Positions 1 through 7,150 of a stretch of 11,317 nucleotides of DNA are shown piece by piece. A program made the position numbers and the translations under genes. Source of the DNA: Bdellovibrionales bacterium (GTDB taxonomy: Bacteria; Bdellovibrionota; Bdellovibrionia; Bdellovibrionales; UBA840); assembly GCA_037969075.1 (NCBI GenBank), contig JBBKWS010000094.1, positions 1 to 11,317 of the forward strand. The letters are read 5' to 3'. How positions within the stretch are numbered: the stretch's first letter is position 1; the number at the start of each line of letters is the position of its first letter. A model generated the notes under the pieces. The model was not told the origin of the DNA, ran no database searches, and saw nothing but the letters and a program-made list of their open reading frames with translations.

Positions 1-629
1 TTTGTTACAGATGCACTATTAAGATCTTTTTTAACTTTGCTAAGATCTGCTCCAGCATGTTTTGCTGCTTCATCTAAAAACTTTTCTTTACCAGACTTTA
101 ACTTTTCTTGATTTTCAAAAATGTAATCATGGTATTTATAAGCTTTTTCTGGGCTTTGCAAAGCAATTGCCTCAAAGTATCTAGCTGCTGGCATTGCCAT
201 TGGATGAAAATCTAATGGTAAATGTTTAAAAATAAATTTAACTTTCCCCTTATACTTTTGCTTAACTTCTTGAACTGTTCTGTATCCACGAGAGCAATAT
301 GGGCACTCGAAGTCAGAGTATTCTACTATTGTAATCGCAGCATCTTTAGGGCCTTCAAAAGCCATTGCATCAGTTATTTCTGGTTTTTTAGGATTGCTAA
401 ACTCATCCTCAAGCTGTTGCTCTTCTTGTTTTGCAGCGTTTTCCTTTTGTTTTACTTGAGCTTCACGAGCTGCCTTATTTACTGTATCCAAGAATGTATC
501 TGGATGTTTTTCGATAACCTCAAAAATGATATCTGGGTTTTCAAGTAATAATTGCTTCAAACCATTCTTGCTTGGTGTACATGCCGCCAAAGACAAAACT
601 AAAACTGTGATTAGACTAAGAAATTTCAA
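1..629 (-). CDS. DsbA/DsbG-family thioredoxin-fold lipoprotein (partial; continues past the left edge)
   Basis: Manual translation from TTG at 629: MKFLSLITVLVLSLAAC-TPSKNGLKQLLLENPDIIFEVIEKHP...GPKDAAITIVEYSDFECPYCSRGYRTVQEVKQKYKGKVKFIFKHLPLDFHPMAMPAARYFEA. Lipobox LAAC (C17), CPYC at 294-305, no stop before the edge, AAGGAGG at 634-640. Confidence 0.95.
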   Translation of the reverse strand, partial: MKFLSLITVLVLSLAACTPSKNGLKQLLLENPDIIFEVIEKHPDTFLDTVNKAAREAQVKQKENAAKQEEQQLEDEFSNPKKPEITDAMAFEGPKDAAITIVEYSDFECPYCSRGYRTVQEVKQKYKGKVKFIFKHLPLDFHPMAMPAARYFEAIALQSPEKAYKYHDYIFENQEKLKSGKEKFLDEAAKHAGADLSKVKKDLNSASVT

Positions 630-633
630 GAGG

Positions 634-640
634 CCTCCTT
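634..640 (-). promoter_or_regulatory. Shine-Dalgarno AAGGAGG of the DsbA-family gene
   Basis: AAGGAGG-CCTC-TTG on the minus strand. Confidence 0.8.
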
Positions 641-733
641 AAAAATTATAATAAACAAAAATATTCTGTCACAGCTTACGTGTAACGCCAAGGATTAGTG
701 ACAAAATTTATACGATTATTATAAAGAACCAGT

Positions 734-2443
734 CTAGTTATTGGTCAATTCTAGATCACTTAGGGGTAAAACCGTACCCAAAATTTCAAACTCTAAGTAT
801 TTACTATATGGATGTAGACCCTGGACCACTCGGTGTATTACATGCGGCGTAGCATAATAAAAGAATGAATCAGGCTTAATTTTTAAAAATTTAGGATCTC
901 TATACTTCATCACCAATGCATGTGCCGCCAATTGAAGCTCTTCATAAGCTCTCTTAGGACCTTTATACTTTGCTACAATCCAGTATCTATTCACCAGGTC
1001 TTCAAATGGTTTCATTAAGGCATCTAATTTATCAGTGGGGAAATCTATGACTGAGTTTTTTATAAAAACTTTTGTTTTATCTGCAAATGTAACTCTTGAT
1101 AAGATCAGTGCTTTCATCGCGTTCAGGGTCTTCAAAGCCACATCCTTACCAACTAAGTCAAACCTTGCATACAAAGTCATTACGTTTGCAATTAGATCGG
1201 TTAAGGTCTGCGGCGGCCACGCTAAATAAAGCCCGACCTCAGTAATTTTCGTAACAATTGGCGAACTTGTTTTGTTATATAGCTTCCAGAGTTCAGTTAT
1301 ACTTTTATCATCCACTTCTGGGAGCTCTTCTTTAATTTCATCGCTCCATCTTTTTTGCGCCAAAGCCCAAAAGTACTCCCCACCTTTTAGTAAGTCACTT
1401 TCTTGTGGCGCCGATCCACGTCTTAGCTGCTCACTGTTCTTACCGAACACACGAACATAACCAGCTTCAGTTTGCACAAGATTAATGGCTACATTAAGTA
1501 CCATCGCTATATGTTCTGAACAATAAACATCATACTTAACATCTTCTAAAATTATTTCATAAAATGGTTTTCCGTCCTCGATATTACGAACCCATTTTGG
1601 ATCTAACCACGCTCTATAAAAATCAAAAATTGATTTTAAATTATTCGCATCATAGTAATCTTGTTGATAATCTAATCTTGCAAATTTAACACCGCCATTT
1701 AGTTCATTGAGAAGCTTCAATGCTATGTAAAAATTCTTTTGGAACTCTTTTTGACTCTTTGCCCCTTTATAAACCACTCGAGTTAAGTTGGCAGGATAGC
1801 CTTTGGTTTTTAACTTCATATCGTGATAATCATAGGGAGAATTTCTTGTTTGCCCTTTCCCTATGTATGCACCCATGTGTGTAAATCCATCATCAAACCT
1901 TGAGGATTTATCTAGTTGAAGCACGTCACCTCGATTGTATTCTGGGTGAAAATAATATGTCGGAGCTACAAACACATCGTCTGGACCCAGGCCTTGCCTA
2001 GCTCTTACGTACTCATCAAGATCTTCATAGGAATCTTTTTCATCATCATAGGGTAAAAATCTGACGCCAAACTTTTGTTTACCGTCTAGGCTTCCTAAAT
2101 AATATTGATTGGTCCGAATTAAATACAAAAACTTTTCATTGTAAAAGGCGCTAAAAGTACCAAAATCACTTAGCTGCGGGAGCTGATAAATTTTTTGTAA
2201 TCTATCTTTTTTAATTCTCCAAGTTTTTCCAAACGCACTACCCAAAGTAAATGGAGATTTTTTATAAGTGTAGTGGTAGTATTCACTTGTATCATTAACG
2301 ATAAAATAATGGTCATTATCCCAAAAATAATTAGCCAATACAAAATTATTATCGATTGTCTTTTTTTCAGATGAGGGAAATCTATCTGCATTTGTTGCAC
2401 AGGAAGTTAATATAAGAAATGCCAGAAGCAAAAGAAGTCTCAT
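734..2443 (-). CDS. Lipoprotein, probable permuted papain-like NlpC/P60 (YiiX/YaeF-like) amidase with large insertions
   Basis: 569-aa ORF with signal and lipobox MRLLLLLAFLILTSC. Motifs in permuted order: RGDVL (G172), FTHMGAYIGKG (H189), YCSEH (C308), and C-terminal ATP..I. The CDS is secure; the family call rests on motif recognition. Confidence 0.7.
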   Translation of the reverse strand: MRLLLLLAFLILTSCATNADRFPSSEKKTIDNNFVLANYFWDNDHYFIVNDTSEYYHYTYKKSPFTLGSAFGKTWRIKKDRLQKIYQLPQLSDFGTFSAFYNEKFLYLIRTNQYYLGSLDGKQKFGVRFLPYDDEKDSYEDLDEYVRARQGLGPDDVFVAPTYYFHPEYNRGDVLQLDKSSRFDDGFTHMGAYIGKGQTRNSPYDYHDMKLKTKGYPANLTRVVYKGAKSQKEFQKNFYIALKLLNELNGGVKFARLDYQQDYYDANNLKSIFDFYRAWLDPKWVRNIEDGKPFYEIILEDVKYDVYCSEHIAMVLNVAINLVQTEAGYVRVFGKNSEQLRRGSAPQESDLLKGGEYFWALAQKRWSDEIKEELPEVDDKSITELWKLYNKTSSPIVTKITEVGLYLAWPPQTLTDLIANVMTLYARFDLVGKDVALKTLNAMKALILSRVTFADKTKVFIKNSVIDFPTDKLDALMKPFEDLVNRYWIVAKYKGPKRAYEELQLAAHALVMKYRDPKFLKIKPDSFFYYATPHVIHRVVQGLHPYSKYLEFEILGTVLPLSDLELTNN

Positions 2444-2507
2444 ATATACTTATTGGTCTTTTTGGTCTTTTTGTTCACAAGCCAAAGGCCTAGTTTTTCG
2501 TGAACCA

Positions 2508-2537
2508 TTGCAGAGTGGATAAGAGCTCTATTAGCCT
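2508..2537 (+). promoter_or_regulatory. Putative sigma-70 promoter for the 166-aa gene
   Basis: TTGCAG(2508-2513)-18 nt-TAGCCT(2532-2537), 6 nt before ATG 2544. Confidence 0.35.
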
Positions 2538-2543
2538 AAAGAA

Positions 2544-3044
2544 ATGATATACTTGTTTGTAGATGCACAGACCACGCCCGAGGCAATGAAAGCTGCCATT
2601 ACAGCCTGGAGAGTTATGAAGGGGAAAGTTAAGTTCTTACTAGGCCCCGATGGAGATGAGGTATTAAGGGTCTCTGCCGGTCTAGAAGAGTTCGAGTATC
2701 TCTTTTCTCTAGAGAATGAACTCTTTCAACGACTTGTGGATTTACGCTTTGAAATTGAGCCAAATGCATTAATCATTAAAGATTTAAATATTCCACTAGC
2801 TAGAATATTTAGATTTCAAGATGCTGTGTATGAAACACCAGCTAAAACCGATTTTTACCAACTTATAGACATAGACCGCATTGACGGAGCCATTTATATC
2901 ACTAAATTAGGGTATAACCGCTTGTGGTCCATTACAGCAGGTCACAGCGTAAGAGAAAGTCACTTTAGATGGGTAAACCTCGACCCCGACTCTTGCCTAA
3001 ATCTGCCTCAAGAAAACCGTAAAAACTTACCTATTATCGAATAG
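2544..3044 (+). CDS. Hypothetical protein (166 aa)
   Basis: ATG-start ORF filling the gap between neighbours, globular alpha/beta-like composition, no confidently recognised motif. Confidence 0.75.
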   Translation: MIYLFVDAQTTPEAMKAAITAWRVMKGKVKFLLGPDGDEVLRVSAGLEEFEYLFSLENELFQRLVDLRFEIEPNALIIKDLNIPLARIFRFQDAVYETPAKTDFYQLIDIDRIDGAIYITKLGYNRLWSITAGHSVRESHFRWVNLDPDSCLNLPQENRKNLPIIE

Positions 3045-3074
3045 ATCCCGATATATTAAGCAATGCATAAAAAA

Positions 3075-3103
3075 ACTCACAATCCATTGAGGGCATTGTG
3101 AGT
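3075..3103. promoter_or_regulatory. Perfect 9-bp inverted repeat upstream of aceE (operator or hairpin)
   Basis: ACTCACAAT(3075-3083)-11 nt-ATTGTGAGT(3095-3103). The repeat is directly visible; its function is unknown. Confidence 0.5.
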
Positions 3104-3142
3104 AAATGATACATCTCTTGTCTCTCAACAAGGAAGGTCACT

Positions 3143-5941
3143 GTGGCTAAAACTAAGGCTATCAATATTGATTTACTACAAAGAATCGCCAAGCGTGCGC
3201 TTTATTATTCTACACAAATGATCATGCAGGCTAATCACAGAAAAGATAAAGAAAAGGGAGATCCTAAAATTGGTGGACACCCAGCTGCCTGCGCTAGTTA
3301 CTTGCACATCGCAAGTTCTCTTCATCTCGTTGTTAAACGTGGCCATGATTTTATGGCAATCAAACCACATGCTGCTCCAATGGATCACACCATGCATTTT
3401 ATGATGGATCTATTTACTGAAAAAGACTTCTCAAAATTTTCAAAAGAAAAAGCAAAAAAAGCAATGCTTGGATTAAGAAAGTTTTCTCAAAATGGAGAAC
3501 CTGTATTTCAATCGTATCACTCTGCCTATGATCCTGATAATCACAACTTTTTACCAAGCGGTACCGTAGGTATTCCACCTGTGCAACTAGGGTATCTTGC
3601 GCACGCTTACCGAATGGCTGAAGATCATGACTTTGAAGTAACTAAGGACGCACACTTTTGGGCCGTAATGGGTGATTCTGAATACCGTGAGGGATCACTA
3701 CAAGAAGCACTTCCTGATTTTGCCGAAAGAGAGTTGGGGAACCTTACATGGATCGTCGATTACAACAGACAAAGTTTAGATGGTAACCGAATCACGAATA
3801 AAGAAATCATGAACGGAACCGATGACAAAAGAATCGAAAGAACAGCCCTAGCTAGTGGCTGGGAAGTGATCCAAGTTCGTCACGGTAAAAAACGCCAAGT
3901 CTTATTTGCAAAAGCCGGTGGCGATATTTTTAAAGACTATCTTGAAAATCAAATCGACGACTTTTCTTTACAGAGCTTATTGGTCGTTAAGGATATCGCA
4001 GTAGTTCGAAAACAACTTTTAGATGACAATAAAAAATTAAAACCTTTCTTAGACGCAGTAAGCGATGAAGAACTGTTTGAAGGCTTTAGAGATTTTGGTG
4101 GCCATGATTTTGAAGCTCTAATTGATGCCCTAGAGCGCAGTAAAAAAGATACGCGTCGTCCGACATTAATTGTTGCGCACACCCTTAAGGGTTGGGGACT
4201 TCCGCAGGCGGGGGCCTCTGGCAACCATTCTTCGCTTCCCTCTATTGAGGAAATGCAGGATTTACAAAAAGCACATAAAATTCCTGACAATGACTTGTTT
4301 CAAGAGTTTGCCGCAACAACTGAAGAAGCAAAGTTTCTGAAGTCTCGTGGCGATGAGTTATACAATGATTTGGTTACTCAAAACAAATTACGGGAGAAAA
4401 ACAAAGCTTACTTTAAAAAAGTTACTGAAGAATTAGGTGATACACCTGATGAGATTGGAATTAATTTAAAGTTAGTAAGTTACCCCCATACCCAGTGGAT
4501 GTTAGGACAACTAACAGCTAAATTAAATCGTATATCTAATACACCGCTAGATTCATCTGAGTTAAAGGAAAAACAAAAGCCATTAACTGACATTGAAAAG
4601 GCATGGAAGCTTCCAGCTGAAATGCTAGTTGCTATGGCCCCAGATGTGGGAACCAGTACAAATTTAAATCCCTCAATGGATGGACAGATCTATGATCCAG
4701 AAATGGCAGATGACATCGAGACAAGACTAAATGTAAAAGACAAAAGTTTACCGGATTTAGTGCCAAGTGAAGATAAAGCGCATAAATTTATTCGTTTTGA
4801 AATTGAAGAATCAAACGCTATGTCTTGCGTAGGATCATACGGCAAAATTCGTGACACCTTAGGAATTCCATTGATCCCCTTAATGACAGTGTATGATTTT
4901 TTTGTAAAAAGAGCTCTGGATCAACATTTTTATAATTTATATTGGAAGTCTTCATTTATCTTAGTTGGCACACCTAGCGGAGTAACTCTATCTCCTGAAG
5001 GAGCACAGCACGGTTGGAAGTCTGACTTCCAAATTCCTAACCAAATTACTTGGGAGCCATTTTATTGCCAAGAATTAGATTATATTATTGCCGATGCTAT
5101 CAAGAGACATATGGCATTTGATAACGAAGGACGAAATGGCGTTAACATTAGAGCTGTAACCCGCGGAGTTGAACAAAAAGATTTGATAAAACGTTTACAG
5201 CGACATGCTAAGCATAAAACTGAGGCGCCACCACTTTACCATCCAGATTTTCCAGTTGAAGGGGCTACTAATGAAGCTGAAGTGGAAGCGATAGATACGA
5301 CTGAGATCATGAGTGGTTTCAAATCGTCAGTACTAAAAGGTGCTTATTACTTAATAGATTACCGCGGTTACGCAGGCTATGAAGCAGGAGATAATGTAGT
5401 AAATATTTTTTCAATGGGAGCATTAACTACAGAAGCTATCAAAGCATCTGATGATCTGTTGGCAAAAGGTATTTACGCTAACGTAATCGTTGTTACTAGC
5501 ACTGATTTATTAATTGGAAACTTAGCCCACGAGAACAACTACGACTACTTAAGAAATGGTTTAGAAATTGATACCAAGCTACACATTCACCCAGGCGAAA
5601 CACAGCAAGAGACCGAGTTCGTTACGGTCGCTGGTAGAAGAATTCCAGCTGTCAGTGTACATGACGGAGAGCCGGGCTTGATGGATAACATCGGCTCTAT
5701 TTTAGGTGTCAGGCATGAGTGCTTAGCCGTCAGAAAACATTCAAAGTGTGGACGCCCACCTGAAGTTTACAAATTTCATGGTATCGATCACGCCTCTGTT
5801 GTTGAGGCTGTTGGTAAGGTCTTATCAGAAACAGCCATGGAAGAAATCCAGGTGCACCGTTCAGTATTAGATAACGCCAATCAATCCACCTCTACAGTTA
5901 GCCATTGGCGAGAACTATGGCCAGACCAAGTAAAAAATTAA
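3143..5941 (+). CDS. aceE: Homodimeric AceE-type pyruvate/2-oxoacid dehydrogenase E1 component (ThDP-dependent)
   Basis: 932 aa from GTG with AAGGAAGG upstream. Motifs KIGGH, FQSY, ThDP motif GDS-x26-DYNRQSLDG, AHTLKGWG, TPSGVTLSPEGAQH. Confidence 0.9.
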   Translation: MAKTKAINIDLLQRIAKRALYYSTQMIMQANHRKDKEKGDPKIGGHPAACASYLHIASSLHLVVKRGHDFMAIKPHAAPMDHTMHFMMDLFTEKDFSKFSKEKAKKAMLGLRKFSQNGEPVFQSYHSAYDPDNHNFLPSGTVGIPPVQLGYLAHAYRMAEDHDFEVTKDAHFWAVMGDSEYREGSLQEALPDFAERELGNLTWIVDYNRQSLDGNRITNKEIMNGTDDKRIERTALASGWEVIQVRHGKKRQVLFAKAGGDIFKDYLENQIDDFSLQSLLVVKDIAVVRKQLLDDNKKLKPFLDAVSDEELFEGFRDFGGHDFEALIDALERSKKDTRRPTLIVAHTLKGWGLPQAGASGNHSSLPSIEEMQDLQKAHKIPDNDLFQEFAATTEEAKFLKSRGDELYNDLVTQNKLREKNKAYFKKVTEELGDTPDEIGINLKLVSYPHTQWMLGQLTAKLNRISNTPLDSSELKEKQKPLTDIEKAWKLPAEMLVAMAPDVGTSTNLNPSMDGQIYDPEMADDIETRLNVKDKSLPDLVPSEDKAHKFIRFEIEESNAMSCVGSYGKIRDTLGIPLIPLMTVYDFFVKRALDQHFYNLYWKSSFILVGTPSGVTLSPEGAQHGWKSDFQIPNQITWEPFYCQELDYIIADAIKRHMAFDNEGRNGVNIRAVTRGVEQKDLIKRLQRHAKHKTEAPPLYHPDFPVEGATNEAEVEAIDTTEIMSGFKSSVLKGAYYLIDYRGYAGYEAGDNVVNIFSMGALTTEAIKASDDLLAKGIYANVIVVTSTDLLIGNLAHENNYDYLRNGLEIDTKLHIHPGETQQETEFVTVAGRRIPAVSVHDGEPGLMDNIGSILGVRHECLAVRKHSKCGRPPEVYKFHGIDHASVVEAVGKVLSETAMEEIQVHRSVLDNANQSTSTVSHWRELWPDQVKN

Positions 5942-6687
5942 TGGCTGCGACTCCACTAAAAAAATATCCTGCCTCTGAGAAAAAATTTTCAGAGGCTATT
6001 TTATTTGTACATTTTTTTGATGGCAGCCCTCTTTTAATCAAACGCCACATAGATTATGTAAATGGCCTTGGATATGATGCTTATGCTTACCAAGTTGGTT
6101 TTCATTTAGCTAAACGTAACCCTTTGGATTTATTTAAATCAAATATGCGACTAGGGTTGAAAAGTCTGTGGACAAAAGATGTTACTGCGGCGTTAGATCA
6201 AATCTCTGGTAAAAAAATTATTTTTGCCTTTTCAAACCCTGCCTCTGCAGCTATTGAAGCTATGGCCAAGAGATTTAAAAACAACAATAGAGATGTCGTA
6301 ACGATTATTTGTGATAGTGGTCCATTTGTCGATATGCTAAAATGTAGCTATAACCTAGGAAAACATTATTATAAAATTAAAAATCCCCTATTAAACATTC
6401 CTGCCTCTATTGCCATGACAACAATACTCTCTCCATTTCATGCAAAATATTTACATTCTGACTTAGATGCTTTCCCGAAAAATTATCCTATTTTATCTAT
6501 TAGGGGCTGGAAAGATGACTTAGTTCCCGTTAAATCTATCGAGGATGTGTTTAAACCACATCACCAAATTGACCTACAAAGTCTTGTACTACCTGAAGCG
6601 GGACATTTAAATGGATTAAAGGATTTTGGTGATAAATATAAACCCGTTGTTAAGGGTTTTTTAGAAAGTCACTCCACGTTAGCGTAA
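5941..6687 (+). CDS. Alpha/beta-hydrolase fold protein, DUF829/TMEM53-like (248 aa)
   Basis: Start re-assigned to ATG 5941, overlapping the aceE stop (TAATG). Motifs FAFSNP (S98), IICDSGP, KDDLVP (D192), AGHLNG (H222). Confidence 0.8.
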   Translation: MAATPLKKYPASEKKFSEAILFVHFFDGSPLLIKRHIDYVNGLGYDAYAYQVGFHLAKRNPLDLFKSNMRLGLKSLWTKDVTAALDQISGKKIIFAFSNPASAAIEAMAKRFKNNNRDVVTIICDSGPFVDMLKCSYNLGKHYYKIKNPLLNIPASIAMTTILSPFHAKYLHSDLDAFPKNYPILSIRGWKDDLVPVKSIEDVFKPHHQIDLQSLVLPEAGHLNGLKDFGDKYKPVVKGFLESHSTLA

Positions 6688-6694
6688 AACTATC

Positions 6695-7009
6695 TTAAGC
6701 AGCAATTTTCTCACGCCAAGACTCAACTTGGTTTATTAAGTTAGAGGCAATTCTATCCAGTGCGATCGTTTGCCAAAGCCTAGATGAAGTATCCTCTTTA
6801 GTTGGGTCTAAAACATCTTTAGCTATAAAGCACTCACACTTACTAACAAATATAACCTGAAAGAAAAACTTTCCATCAATCATCACAACTCTTGCCGTAC
6901 AAGTAGCATCTGATGGCATCATTTCAGCTAATGTATTAATAACCTCATTGGCTTTTTGCCTAAATGGATCTCTTGGCATAAAGCCGACAAAATGAAATTC
7001 GTATAACAT
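6695..7009 (-). CDS. Small protein (104 aa), possible divergent HPF/RaiA fold
   Basis: Start re-assigned to ATG 7009 because GAGGG lies just upstream (CGAGGGACGTTTA-ATG). Predicted beta-alpha-beta-beta-beta-alpha pattern ending ALDRIASNLINQVESWREK. The CDS is likely; the fold is inferred. Confidence 0.6.
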   Translation of the reverse strand: MLYEFHFVGFMPRDPFRQKANEVINTLAEMMPSDATCTARVVMIDGKFFFQVIFVSKCECFIAKDVLDPTKEDTSSRLWQTIALDRIASNLINQVESWREKIAA

Positions 7010-7150
7010 TAAACGTCCCTCGAATACATTAGTATATAGTAACAAACAAGTGTCGTTAGGTTCTACAAAATATTTGATTTTGGTTCGTATCTGAGACACA
7101 AAATAAGATTTATTTATCTGTCTGTATCATATTGCTACAATCTGGTGTTT

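Noticed and set aside
222..548. 108-aa plus-strand ORF
   Set aside because: Antisense shadow of the clear DsbA-family gene.
1035..2400. Short ORFs 1035-1229, 1272-1460 and 2170-2400
   Set aside because: Antisense or off-frame inside the 569-aa gene, with no motifs.
3075..3103. Hairpin as intrinsic terminator of the 166-aa gene or as a Rex operator
   Set aside because: There is no U-tract after it on the plus strand, and the half-site orientation and spacing differ from the Rex consensus.
3176..4290. Minus-strand ORFs 3176-3397 and 3949-4290
   Set aside because: Antisense shadows of aceE.
5905..5940. ORF-track start at 5905 for the hydrolase
   Set aside because: It would overlap aceE by 37 nt. 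ATG 5941 in a TAATG coupling is more plausible.
6685..6697. Terminator between the convergent hydrolase and HPF-like genes
   Set aside because: The gap is only 7 bp and no stem-loop with a U-tract is visible.
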